A stretch of 64,000 bases of DNA from an uncultured Clostridia bacterium (GCA_934772445.1 CAKVMJ010000003.1:1672-65671); one strand, 5' to 3'. Counted from the stretch's first letter, positions 1 to 9,961 are shown. Notes: a model not told the origin generated them from the letters alone. A program made the numbers and translations.

Positions 1-679
1 CAAGCGGTATCCCATATTTTATAGCAAAATTATAAGCCCTTGAATTATCTCCCATATCAATAGACCTATGTGAATCACTATTTGCAATAAATTTTACTCC
101 ACTCTCAAGCAAATCTTTTACTTCTTTTTCAGAAAATAAAATTCTTTTTCCATTTAATTCAATCAATATATTATGCTCTTTTGCATATTCAGCTATTCTT
201 TTAACATTTACCTTACAACCATAATTTAAATGTGCAATTATATCAATCTTATTGTTTTCAAGTGCTTTTATATAAGCATCTGTATTCTTTTCAATCTGCT
301 TTTCACTTTTTCCATAAAGCATTTTATAATGAGAAAATTTATGTTTGAAAAATCTACATCTTCTATGAAAGCCTAAAACAGCAATATCTAACAAAGATTG
401 CTCTTCTTTTGTTAGGTCAACATTGCCTTTTTCATCTAAAAGATTAATTTCCATACCCATATAAATCTTTAATTTAGGGTGCTTTTTTCGTGCAACCTCA
501 ACATCTGTAACAATTTTCTTCAAATCACCTTTCTTAATTCCGTTTAAATTTGAATATGCATGTTCAGTTACAGCAACTTCTTTTAACCCTTTTCTTTCTG
601 CGGATAGCATATTTTCTTCAATCGTGCTTTTCCCATCTGCAGAATATTTACTATGTGTGTGATAATCTCCTATAAACAT
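1..679 (-). CDS. PHP-domain metal-dependent phosphoesterase (histidinol-phosphatase-like); C-terminus lies outside the window
   Basis: Absent from the supplied track. My translation of the minus strand from ATG 679..677 gives MFIGDYHTHSKYSADGKSTIEENMLSAERKGLKEVAVTEHAYS...IANSDSHRSIDMG. The N-terminal H-x-H and a late D-x-H match PHP metal ligands. GGAGG lies 6 nt upstream. I checked that the frame stays open down to position 1. Confidence 0.6.
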   Translation of the reverse strand, partial: MFIGDYHTHSKYSADGKSTIEENMLSAERKGLKEVAVTEHAYSNLNGIKKGDLKKIVTDVEVARKKHPKLKIYMGMEINLLDEKGNVDLTKEEQSLLDIAVLGFHRRCRFFKHKFSHYKMLYGKSEKQIEKNTDAYIKALENNKIDIIAHLNYGCKVNVKRIAEYAKEHNILIELNGKRILFSEKEVKDLLESGVKFIANSDSHRSIDMGDNSRAYNFAIKYGIPL

Positions 680-750
680 AAAATTCCTCCAATTACTATT
701 TTATCACACAAATAATTTAATTCCAACAATTAATTAAAATCATATTGGGT

Positions 751-1650
751 TTATTTAATAATTTTTATTTCAGTTTCCAATTTTAAATTATATTTCTTTT
801 TTATAACCTTTTTAATATACGAGATAAGATTATAAACATCTTCAGCGGTTGCATTATTAGTTACAATAAAATTTGAATGTTTTCCGCTAACTTTTGCTCC
901 ACCGATTGAAAATCCCTTTAATCCAGCATCTTCTATAAGTTTTGCCACCTTTATTTCGCCTAAATTTTTAAAAACAGAACCTGCAGAATTTTCTTTTAAT
1001 GGTTGACTTTCCATTCTTTTATTAATTATAAAGTTTATTCTCTCTTGAAAATTAAAATTATTATCTTTCTCTAATTCTAACTCCACACGCAAAACAACTG
1101 CATCTAATTTTTGAAAAACACTTTTCCTATAATCAAATAAACAATCCTTTTTTTCAAATATCTTTACTTTCCCATCAATAATTGCCACCACACTTCTAAC
1201 CATCTTAGAAATTTCAAAACTATATGCGGAAACATTCATAGTAACTGCTCCACCAATTGTACCCGGTATACCAACACCATCTTCAATACCTTTTAAGTTG
1301 TTTTGTTTAGCAATAGATATAATTGCATTTAAACTTGCACCAGAATAAGCCGTTATTTTATTATCATTTACAAATATATTTGCAAATTTGTTAGATAACC
1401 TCAAAACTATTTTATCTTCAGGTTTTAAAAACAAAATATTAGAACCATTACCCAAAACCACAAATTTTTGTTTGTTTTCTTGCAAATACTTACAAACTTT
1501 TAAAACTTCTTCTAAATTTTTAGGTTCAATAAAAAGAAGAACTTTGGCTGGGATTTTATAAGAATTATAATCTTTCAAATCATAATTTTTTTTTATAAAT
1601 AATCCTTTACAAAGTTTCTTTAAATCATTATATATATTTAATCTTTTCAT
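751..1650 (-). CDS. murB: UDP-N-acetylenolpyruvoylglucosamine reductase
   Basis: 299 aa with MurB motifs GNGSNILF, GGAVTMNVSAY and AGSVFKN, and typical length. Confidence 0.9.
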   Translation of the reverse strand: MKRLNIYNDLKKLCKGLFIKKNYDLKDYNSYKIPAKVLLFIEPKNLEEVLKVCKYLQENKQKFVVLGNGSNILFLKPEDKIVLRLSNKFANIFVNDNKITAYSGASLNAIISIAKQNNLKGIEDGVGIPGTIGGAVTMNVSAYSFEISKMVRSVVAIIDGKVKIFEKKDCLFDYRKSVFQKLDAVVLRVELELEKDNNFNFQERINFIINKRMESQPLKENSAGSVFKNLGEIKVAKLIEDAGLKGFSIGGAKVSGKHSNFIVTNNATAEDVYNLISYIKKVIKKKYNLKLETEIKIIK

Positions 1651-1686
1651 ATAGATTTATATGTTAATCTCTAAATATTTGTTAGC

Positions 1687-3507
1687 CTACTTATTTTTAT
1701 GAAAATATTTAAATATGTTGTTTGCAAGTGTGTCGCCAATACCTTCCACCATTTTCAATTCTTGCACAGATGCACTTTTTATTGCCGTAACGCTTTTAAA
1801 ATATTTAATTAACGCTTTAGCTTTTTCTTTTCCTAGCATTTCAATATTATCCAGTTCGCTTATATAATCTTTCTTTGTTCTAACCTTTCTTTGAAAAGTT
1901 ATCGCAAATCTATGACTCTCATCACGCACATTTTGTAAAAGTTTTAATGCAACATTACTCCTAGATAATACCACTGGTTCACTTATCTTTGGCAAATATA
2001 TTTCTTCTTCTCTTTTTGCAAGCGAAATTATATCCACATCTATATTTTGTTTTTCCAAAACTGAATTAGCAAAAGATAATTGTCCTTTTCCGCCATCAAT
2101 TAGGATAAGGTCTGGCATCTTGGAAAAACTTACATCGCCTTTATTAAGTTCGCCCATTCGCCTTGTTAGAACTTGTCGCATACTCTCAAAGTCGTTTTGA
2201 ATAGCCAAATCAACTTTGAATTTTCTATAATTACTCTTTAATGGCACACCGTTTTCAAACACCACCATACTAGCCACAATGTTTCTTCCACCTAAGTTAC
2301 TTATATCGTAACCCTCAATTCTCTTTGGTAGGCGTCTTAATCCTAGAGTATCTTTTAAAATCCTCATAGCACCCATTGTTTTTTCTTCATAAAGCTTTTC
2401 TTTTTCAACGCTTTTATATAAATGCTCTTGTGCGTTATCTTCCGCCATCTTTAATAGTTTTAACTTAACAGACTTTTTAGGACACGACAATTGAATATTT
2501 TCCTTAGCTTGCTCACTTAACCAAGCATTTAAGTTTTCATCTTCAATATTTGCCACAATTTCTTTAGGTATTTTAGAATTTAGATAGTATTGTGAAATAA
2601 AATTTGAGATTGTATCAGATTCTTCCAAACTCGCATCAACAATATTATATGTGTTTACGCCTATCATCTTACCTGCACGAATACACAAAACCGCAATAGT
2701 TGAGTTTATTCCATTGCTTGCATATCCGAAAACATCTAAATCTAAAATTTTTCCTAAATCTGTGATTATAAGCGAATCCATTTCGTTTACAATTTTCAAA
2801 CATTCTTTCATTTCAATTGCTTTTTCAAAATTTAAGTCATCGGAATATGCTTTCATTCTTTGCTTCAATATTTCTCTAACCTCATTTGAGTCACCTTTCA
2901 AAAATGCAATTAATCTCTTAACTTCTTTATCATACTCAATTTTACTAACTCTGCCTGTGCAAGGTGCTAAGCATTTTCCAATATAATAATTTAAACACTC
3001 CCTACTTTTACATTTACCAGCAACTAAATTTAAGTTACATTCTCTTAATTTAAATGTGTTAGAAATAAGCAACATTAAATTATTTACATTAACCTTATTA
3101 AAATATGGTCCAAAATATAAAGCCCCATCTTTTCTAACCTTCCTTGTTACTTCAACTTTTGGGAAATCTACTTTTGTGTTTATCTTTATATAAGGAAATG
3201 CTTTGCCATCTTTTAGCAAAATATTATAAAAGGGTTGAACTTTATGAATTAAATTACTCTCTAAGTTTAAAGCCTCTAATTCACTATTGGTTAGAATATA
3301 ATCAAAATCGGCAACCATATTAACCATTTGTTGAACTTTCGCTTGCTTAACTGTGTTTAAAAAATATGAGCCAACTCTTCTTTTTAAATTTTTGGCTTTA
3401 CCTATATAAATAATATTTCCATCTATATCCAGCATCTTATAAACACCGCTAGTGGTTGGTAGTTTATAAACCTTAGATTTAATATATTCTAAAACTTGCT
3501 TTTCCAT
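1687..3507 (-). CDS. uvrC: Excinuclease ABC subunit C
   Basis: 606 aa. N-terminal GIY-YIG (GVYKMLDIDGNIIYIGKAKNLKRRVGSYF), central UvrC region and C-terminal helix-hairpin-helix. Confidence 0.95.
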   Translation of the reverse strand: MEKQVLEYIKSKVYKLPTTSGVYKMLDIDGNIIYIGKAKNLKRRVGSYFLNTVKQAKVQQMVNMVADFDYILTNSELEALNLESNLIHKVQPFYNILLKDGKAFPYIKINTKVDFPKVEVTRKVRKDGALYFGPYFNKVNVNNLMLLISNTFKLRECNLNLVAGKCKSRECLNYYIGKCLAPCTGRVSKIEYDKEVKRLIAFLKGDSNEVREILKQRMKAYSDDLNFEKAIEMKECLKIVNEMDSLIITDLGKILDLDVFGYASNGINSTIAVLCIRAGKMIGVNTYNIVDASLEESDTISNFISQYYLNSKIPKEIVANIEDENLNAWLSEQAKENIQLSCPKKSVKLKLLKMAEDNAQEHLYKSVEKEKLYEEKTMGAMRILKDTLGLRRLPKRIEGYDISNLGGRNIVASMVVFENGVPLKSNYRKFKVDLAIQNDFESMRQVLTRRMGELNKGDVSFSKMPDLILIDGGKGQLSFANSVLEKQNIDVDIISLAKREEEIYLPKISEPVVLSRSNVALKLLQNVRDESHRFAITFQRKVRTKKDYISELDNIEMLGKEKAKALIKYFKSVTAIKSASVQELKMVEGIGDTLANNIFKYFHKNK

Positions 3508-3611
3508 ATTTTTATTATATCATATTTTTTTAATTTTACAATTCTTCTTTATTTGTTAGTGACCAATTTGTTTATAAATTCATATAAATTAAAAAATAAG
3601 AGGAATAAATT

Positions 3612-3809
3612 ATGAATTTTCAAAACGATGTTTTATTAGTATTATTACTTTCAATCTTTTCTAGTTCCACCGATACAGACCTAAACACTAATACAAATTT
3701 TCTTTTGCTTCTTTTATTAATTTTGAGTTCTATCAACACAAATAATAATTTCAATAGCGGTTGCGGTTGCAGTACTTGTTCTGGTTCAAACTTCCTTACT
3801 AGTTTTTAG
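3612..3809 (+). CDS. Small hypothetical protein (65 aa) with two Leu-rich hydrophobic runs and a Cys/Gly/Ser C-terminus
   Basis: AAGAGGA RBS 7 nt before the ATG. Two L-rich runs are each followed by an S/T/N/D-rich stretch, and the protein ends GCGCSTCSGSNFLTSF. No family recognised. The 3' end overlaps the convergent lgt stop by 11 nt. Confidence 0.35.
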   Translation: MNFQNDVLLVLLLSIFSSSTDTDLNTNTNFLLLLLLILSSINTNNNFNSGCGCSTCSGSNFLTSF

Positions 3810-4590
3810 TTTGCTTAATTAATGGCGGTGTTTCTTTAAAAAACTTTGTTTTTTTAAGATTTGTGAAATATAAAACAAAGCCAAAGGCGATTAATAAAAT
3901 TGCTATCCATTGGCTTGTGGATAATATAAAAATTCCTCTAGTTTCATCGCCTCTAAAAAATTCAATCATAAATCTAAAAACACCATAACTAATCGAATAA
4001 ACTAATAAAATCAAATATTCTTTGGTTGTTTTCTTTGAAAGGATTATTAAAAATACAAATACTATTAAACAAAAACTCGCCTCTATAAGTTGGGTTGGTA
4101 ATAGTTTAACACCTTCTAAATTCTTATTTGTTATATATGGGAATACCAAGCCAAGTTTTTCGCTTTCTACTCCATAACAACACCCTGCACAAAAACAACC
4201 AATTCTACCGAAAACTTGTCCTAAAGGTAAAACTGCTATAACTTTATCCCAAATTTTTTCTGGTTTTAAGCCATAAAGCTTTATATATAATTCACCCATT
4301 AGAAACGCACCTAAAACTCCACCAAAATAGACCATACCACTATTCATTCCCCATTTAAAAAAGTTAAATGAAGCATTGAAAAAATAAGGAATTGCCACAA
4401 TCATAGCTAAGATTTTAGCTCCCACAAGTCCACCTAGAAAAACATATATTGAAAAAAGTATTTTATCAACAGTTTTTAATTCTTCTTTTATCAAAAGATT
4501 GAAAACTAAAAAAGCAAACAAAAAGCCTACCATTATCATAATGGCATACATCGGAATTTTTAAATTAAATATTTCTAAAAAAGGATACAT
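3799..4590 (-). CDS. lgt: Prolipoprotein diacylglyceryl transferase
   Basis: 263 aa polytopic membrane protein with the Lgt signature GRIGCFCAGCCYG. Confidence 0.9.
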   Translation of the reverse strand: MYPFLEIFNLKIPMYAIMIMVGFLFAFLVFNLLIKEELKTVDKILFSIYVFLGGLVGAKILAMIVAIPYFFNASFNFFKWGMNSGMVYFGGVLGAFLMGELYIKLYGLKPEKIWDKVIAVLPLGQVFGRIGCFCAGCCYGVESEKLGLVFPYITNKNLEGVKLLPTQLIEASFCLIVFVFLIILSKKTTKEYLILLVYSISYGVFRFMIEFFRGDETRGIFILSTSQWIAILLIAFGFVLYFTNLKKTKFFKETPPLIKQTKN

Positions 4591-4639
4591 AATTTTTCTT
4601 CAAACTAAAAAAGGAAAGCCCAAAACTTTCCAATATATT

Positions 4640-4906
4640 TTAACCTTTTGCAGATTTGCTAATAACTTCGCACAAAACCCCACAGCCCGTTCCAAAAATG
4701 CAACAAACTATTCCAATTATTCCTAGAATAAGACCTGTTACCACCAAGCCATTTGAGCCAGCCTTAATTTGCAACGAACCTAAGATTATTGCAACAATAG
4801 AACAAACAATAGCGATAGTGGCATATAATCCAAAAAATCCTAAAACACAACTTGCAACACCAAACATAAGTGAAGCAATGCTTAAAAATAAATTTTTACC
4901 ACTCAT
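4640..4906 (-). CDS. Small integral membrane protein (DUF4190-like)
   Basis: 88 aa, G/I/V/C-rich hydrophobic segments (GLILGIIGIVCCIFG). AGGAGA RBS 5 nt before the ATG. Confidence 0.5.
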   Translation of the reverse strand: MSGKNLFLSIASLMFGVASCVLGFFGLYATIAIVCSIVAIILGSLQIKAGSNGLVVTGLILGIIGIVCCIFGTGCGVLCEVISKSAKG

Positions 4907-5099
4907 ATTATTCTCCTAATCTGTGACTATTTATATAAGTATATCTAATAAAACTTTTTAAGTCAAATAATTTATTACTTATAAATAATATATTCTATCG
5001 ATATTTTTCTATGATAGAATCTTATTTTATTTTCAGAAATTTTAACATATTAAGAAAAATTTGAATACTATGAATTAGCATACTAGCTTTAGGAGGTGA

Positions 5100-5822
<723 letters not shown>

Positions 5823-5889
5823 ATATAAGTTTAAATTGTTGACAAATAAAAAAATATTTTATATTATAGAAACATAAAAAAGGAAAATT

Positions 5890-5967
5890 ATGTTTAAGTT
5901 TATTAATAATAACAACTCAAATAATAACTCAACTTCATATTTTATGGGTTTCATTTTGGTTGTTTAA
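5890..5967 (+). CDS. Possible 25-aa mini-ORF (MFKFINNNNSNNNSTSYFMGFILVV)
   Basis: AAAGGAAAA lies 4 nt before the ATG, and an intrinsic terminator follows. No other support. Confidence 0.15.
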   Translation: MFKFINNNNSNNNSTSYFMGFILVV

Positions 5968-5992
5968 TAAATGGTTATAATATTAATATTTA

Positions 5993-6028
5993 AACACTCT
6001 TTTGAAACTTTAAAAGAGTGTTTTTTAT
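5993..6028 (+). terminator. Rho-independent terminator
   Basis: ACACTCTTTT / AAAAGAGTGT 10-bp stem followed by a T run. Confidence 0.75.
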
Positions 6029-6052
6029 TTGAAATATATTTTTATTCATTTA

Positions 6053-6078
6053 GCACACTCTTTAAAGTGTGCCTTTTT
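6053..6078 (+). terminator. Second hairpin plus T-run, 25 nt after the first
   Basis: GCACACT / AGTGTGC stem followed by CTTTTT. Confidence 0.5.
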
Positions 6079-6218
6079 AATATTAAATCATATAGGAGAA
6101 CTTTATGGGAAAACTAAATGCCGTAGCGGGCGAAGAGGATAATTTAAAGCTGAGGAGATAAATAATTAAATCTCCTTCAAAAGATAAAGTAATATACAAA
6201 TTTAATAGGAGAAGTTTT

Positions 6219-7214
6219 ATGAAATTTACACAAGAAGAATACTTAAAATTAGATATTTTAGAAAAACAAAAATATATAAAGGAAATAAAAGATACCTTTG
6301 AGAAAGAGCTTGCAGATAAGTTAAACCTTATAAGAGTGTCTGCACCATTAATTGTAACTAAAGAAAGCGGTTTGCAAGATGATTTAAATGGCGTTGAACG
6401 ACCAGTTAGTTTTGATGTGGCTAAAGATGGAAAAACTTTGGAGATTGTTCAATCTTTGGCAAAATGGAAGAGAATGGCATTAGCAAAATATGGTATAGAA
6501 AGTGGTGCTGGATTATATACAGATATGCAAGCAATTAGAAGAGATGATCAAATTAATGAAACTCACTCAATATATGTTGACCAATGGGACTGGGAAAAAA
6601 TTATCACTAAAGATGATAGAAATTTAGACTTTTTAAAGAAAACTGTTCAAAAGATTGTTGATGCAATTTACGATACATATAAAACATTACCAGATAAGCT
6701 AACAAGTAAAATCACTATTTCTAAAGATATTTATTTTATAACCAGCCAAAAACTTTTAGATATGTATCCAAATTCAAGCGAAAAAGAGAGAGAATATTTA
6801 ATAACGAAAAAATATAAAACTGTGTTTATAATGCAAATAGGAGATAAACTATCTAATGGTATGCCCCACGATTTAAGAGCGCCAGACTATGATGATTGGC
6901 AATTAAACGGAGATTTATTCTTTTATCATCAAGTTTTAGATATGGCTTTAGAAGTTTCTAGTATGGGAATAAGAGTAGATAAATATAGCCTTATGAAACA
7001 ACTAGAAAAAGCAGATAAGATGGAACGACTAACCTATGCTTATCATAAAGCCATTATTGAAGATAAACTACCCCTAACTATTGGTGGCGGAATTGGTCAA
7101 AGCAGACTTTGTATGTTGCTTTTAGGTAGAGCACATATTGGCGAGGTTCAAGCGAGTTATTGGGATAAAGAAAATATTGAAAAATGCAAAGAATTAGATA
7201 TTAAATTATTATAA
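6219..7214 (+). CDS. asnA: Aspartate--ammonia ligase (asparagine synthetase A)
   Basis: 331 aa. AsnA-type class II synthetase-like core with SRLCMLLLGRAHIGEVQ. AGGAGAA RBS. Confidence 0.9.
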   Translation: MKFTQEEYLKLDILEKQKYIKEIKDTFEKELADKLNLIRVSAPLIVTKESGLQDDLNGVERPVSFDVAKDGKTLEIVQSLAKWKRMALAKYGIESGAGLYTDMQAIRRDDQINETHSIYVDQWDWEKIITKDDRNLDFLKKTVQKIVDAIYDTYKTLPDKLTSKITISKDIYFITSQKLLDMYPNSSEKEREYLITKKYKTVFIMQIGDKLSNGMPHDLRAPDYDDWQLNGDLFFYHQVLDMALEVSSMGIRVDKYSLMKQLEKADKMERLTYAYHKAIIEDKLPLTIGGGIGQSRLCMLLLGRAHIGEVQASYWDKENIEKCKELDIKLL

Positions 7215-7220
7215 CAAAAA

Positions 7221-7252
7221 ATCTTAAGCTTAATTGCTTAAGATTTTTATTT
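7221..7252 (+). terminator. Rho-independent terminator of asnA
   Basis: ATCTTAAGC-TTAATT-GCTTAAGAT perfect 9-bp stem followed by TTTTTATTT. Confidence 0.8.
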
Positions 7253-7298
7253 CTTCAACTTATTATTTTTCATTTATTTTAGATTTAATAAACATCTT

Positions 7299-8033
7299 TT
7301 ATAAGAATAATGTTTTAAAGAAAAACTCAACTTGGCTTATTCCGCCCGAATAAACTTTAACCACTTTCCCCTGAACACATTCGCTTTTAATAACGCCAAA
7401 ACTTTTGCTATCAAAACTATTGCTTCTATTATCACCCAAAACATAAACATAATTATTAGGAACAACCAATGTATCAAGAAGTCCATCATCATCAGTATCT
7501 ATAAAATGGTCTTTCTGAGCTTTTAATATATAATTAAATGGGTGGTAATCATAATGCTTACCATTTAATTCTATTGGCTTATATTTCCCCGTTGGACTAT
7601 TAACATCGGCTTGCCTTAAGGGATTAACTTGGTAATCTGGAATTAATTGTTCGCCATTGATAAATATTTGCCATTCAGAACCAATCAATTTCCAAGATAA
7701 TTTATCACCTGCCATTCCAACCACTCTTTTTATTAAATCCTTAGAAGTTGAACCAGTATCTTTAGCAAGTTTGTTGCCATCTATAACCACGATATCACCG
7801 TGCTCAAAAGAACCAAATCTCGAAACAACAACCAAATCGTTATTATCTCCACTATTTAGCGTTGGATTCATACTATCCCCTATAACTTGGGCTGAGATAT
7901 AAAAAACATTGAATATTATTAATCTTAAAATTATGATTGCGATTATAAAATAAATTAAAAATTCAAGAACATTAACCTTTCTAGGATTTTCCACATATTG
8001 AGTTTTAAAAATATTCTTCTTATTCATTTTCAA
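7299..8033 (-). CDS. lepB: Signal peptidase I
   Basis: 244 aa. N-terminal TM, catalytic Ser box GDSMNPTL, IKRVVGMAGD and VLGDNRSNSFDSKSFG. Confidence 0.85.
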   Translation of the reverse strand: MKMNKKNIFKTQYVENPRKVNVLEFLIYFIIAIIILRLIIFNVFYISAQVIGDSMNPTLNSGDNNDLVVVSRFGSFEHGDIVVIDGNKLAKDTGSTSKDLIKRVVGMAGDKLSWKLIGSEWQIFINGEQLIPDYQVNPLRQADVNSPTGKYKPIELNGKHYDYHPFNYILKAQKDHFIDTDDDGLLDTLVVPNNYVYVLGDNRSNSFDSKSFGVIKSECVQGKVVKVYSGGISQVEFFFKTLFL

Positions 8034-8131
8034 TACCTATTTTAATTTTAGCACAAATTACATATTTTAACAAGTTTATTTTTATTTTAATTACCAACAG
8101 CATAAAAATATTACAAATTGCGATTACTAAA

Positions 8132-8160
8132 TTTACAAAAAACCTAGATTATGCTATAAT
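8132..8160 (+). promoter_or_regulatory. Sigma-A-type promoter upstream of tRNA-Arg
   Basis: TTTACA, 17-nt spacer, TATAAT with an extended TGC. Lies 67 nt upstream of the tRNA 5' end. Confidence 0.6.
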
Positions 8161-8226
8161 ATTATTTGTGAGATAAAATATAATCAAATAATGTGAGAAA
8201 AAATAACAAATAATTAACCAAAACTT

Positions 8227-8303
8227 GCTCCACTAGCTCAACTGTATAGAGCATTGGTCTTCGGAACCAAGTGTTGGGGGTTAGAGTCCCTCGTGGAGCA
8301 CCA
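8227..8303 (+). tRNA. tRNA-Arg (anticodon TCG), CCA encoded
   Basis: Hand-folded cloverleaf. 7-bp acceptor GCTCCAC/GTGGAGC, D stem GCTC/GAGC, anticodon stem TTGGT/ACCAA with loop CTTCGGA, 5-nt variable loop, T stem GGGGG/CCCTC, discriminator A, then CCA. A20 and C35 (Arg identity elements) are present. The D loop lacks GG and the T loop is TTAGAGT (see findings). Confidence 0.85.
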
Positions 8304-8377
8304 AAAATGAAAAATTATTAAAGATAAAATAAATTTAATAAAAACAACTGAAATTTATAAATTAAAAAGGATTATTT

Positions 8378-8893
8378 ATGGAAAGAAAGAAATTTAATCG
8401 TGGTACGATTACAGGCGGAATTATTAGAATTGTTATTTCTATAATTGCATTGATAATCGCTAGCACAATATTGAAATCAACTATTAAAAATTGGGACTCT
8501 GAAGAGATTGGCGGTGGCATTTTTATGTGTTTTATCGCATCAGTAATTTTAATTACCAGCCTTGTATTCATTATTAATGGCATTAAAATGATTAACAATG
8601 GAAGAAAATCTCTTGAAGTGGCTAGAAAAGGTCACGAAGATAACGGAAAAATTATTGATTTATATGAAACAGAAGTTACAGAAACCAATAATGGCTGTGT
8701 TTCTCACTACACTATTTATACTTTAAAATTTGAATACACCGATGATGGTGGAAATCTATGCGAAAGTGAAGAACAAATAAGCGGAAAATTTTATGCAAAA
8801 ATGCAAAAAAAGAAACTTGTTCCTATTTTAGTTTATAAAGAGCGTGCTATTTTCGATAGAAAAAGATTTGAAAATGAGAACTTTTCAAAATAG
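8378..8893 (+). CDS. Membrane protein, DUF3592-like
   Basis: 171 aa. Two N-terminal TM segments, then a beta-rich soluble part (GKIIDLYETEVTETNNG...YTLKFEYTDDGGN). Confidence 0.5.
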   Translation: MERKKFNRGTITGGIIRIVISIIALIIASTILKSTIKNWDSEEIGGGIFMCFIASVILITSLVFIINGIKMINNGRKSLEVARKGHEDNGKIIDLYETEVTETNNGCVSHYTIYTLKFEYTDDGGNLCESEEQISGKFYAKMQKKKLVPILVYKERAIFDRKRFENENFSK

Positions 8894-8929
8894 TATTAAA
8901 ACATATTAATTCAAAATTCAATACAAAAT

Positions 8930-8966
8930 AAAAAACAGTTAGAAGAAGAATTTTAACTGTTTTTTA
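8930..8966. terminator. Bidirectional terminator between convergent genes
   Basis: ACAGTTA...TAACTGT stem flanked by an A run and a T run. Confidence 0.65.
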
Positions 8967-9398
8967 ATACCTACCAATTAAATAATCCATTGATGAATCA
9001 AAATAATTTGCAATTATATAAATAATATCCAATCTAGGAACTTTTCCCGCTTTCCAATGCCTTATAATACTCTCGTTAAATGGCTGATTTTTTGAAAATT
9101 TATAATGAGTTAAATTACTATTTTTAAGCAAATTCAAATATCGAGGTAAAAACTTAGAAATATCATAATTATATGTTTTATATTCATTAGAATTTCTTTT
9201 ATCATCTAAACCAAATAAATAATCTATAGAACAATTAAAAAATTTTGCAATTTTCAAAACAACATCTATTGTTGGTATGCTATCTTTTAAATATCTGCTA
9301 TATTGCATTGCTGAAACGCCACTAACCTTTTCAAGTTTCCTAAGAGATAAATTAGTTTCAACAATTAAATCTTTTAAATTTTCTCTAAATTGCTCCAT
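8964..9398 (-). CDS. XRE-family transcriptional regulator with two HTH modules
   Basis: 144 aa. Two Cro/C1-type HTH halves, each ending in the same box (CSIDYLFG and SSMDYLIG). Confidence 0.7.
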   Translation of the reverse strand: MEQFRENLKDLIVETNLSLRKLEKVSGVSAMQYSRYLKDSIPTIDVVLKIAKFFNCSIDYLFGLDDKRNSNEYKTYNYDISKFLPRYLNLLKNSNLTHYKFSKNQPFNESIIRHWKAGKVPRLDIIYIIANYFDSSMDYLIGRY

Positions 9399-9555
9399 AT
9401 CAATTCATTTCCCCTTATTTCGACAAAACTCGACAATATTAGAAGTCTAAAATTATCAAATCTATATTGATTTTATAGGAAATTGAGTTACAATAATTCC
9501 GTGTAACAGATGGGGCTAGTATGTCTGTTATACTTTATTAAAAGGAGGTTATTAT

Positions 9556-9699
9556 ATGGATTGTAATTCAATAATTGAAATTCTATCCCAATATTTTAAG
9601 ATGGAAATATCTAACAAAATAGAGATATTAAATAATGAAATAATTGTTAATCTTGAGAATGACAAAATAGTGAAAATTAAAGTTACCGAATTAAATTAA
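9556..9699 (+). CDS. Small hypothetical protein (47 aa)
   Basis: Not in the track. AAAGGAGG RBS 7 nt before the ATG. Product is MDCNSIIEILSQYFKMEISNKIEILNNEIIVNLENDKIVKIKVTELN. Divergent from the XRE gene. Confidence 0.4.
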   Translation: MDCNSIIEILSQYFKMEISNKIEILNNEIIVNLENDKIVKIKVTELN

Positions 9700-9742
9700 G
9701 TATTTACATATAAAAAAATAAATTTCATCAAAGGAGAAAATA

Positions 9743-9961
9743 ATGAAAATAAAAAATAGTAGAGATTATGTTTTAAATCATCAATATGGATATGGATTAG
9801 AAAAAGAAAAAAAAGAGCTTAACAAATTAAAGTTAAGAACTCTTGAAGATTTAAAAGTTTATTTAGAAGATATTTTAGAAAATGCGTTTAACGCAACCTA
9901 TAAAAATAATATACTTGAATTTAATATAGATAAATCCAAGTTTAACATAATAATAGAATAA
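9743..9961 (+). CDS. Hypothetical protein (72 aa)
   Basis: AAGGAGA RBS. No recognisable motif. Confidence 0.45.
   Translation: MKIKNSRDYVLNHQYGYGLEKEKKELNKLKLRTLEDLKVYLEDILENAFNATYKNNILEFNIDKSKFNIIIE

Noticed and set aside
2651-2986. 111-aa plus-strand ORF inside uvrC. Similar antisense ORFs occur in lgt (4499..4726, 4656..4919), lepB, the helicase, the P-type ATPase gene (20193..20642), aspS, rplA and nusG.
   Set aside because: They are antisense to confidently identified conserved genes and have no translation signals.
5075-5092. CATACTAG resembling a sigma-E/K -10 box upstream of the collagen-like gene
   Set aside because: It lies only about 5 nt upstream of the AGGAGG RBS, so a transcript initiated from it would lack the ribosome-binding site. 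No matching -35 is present.
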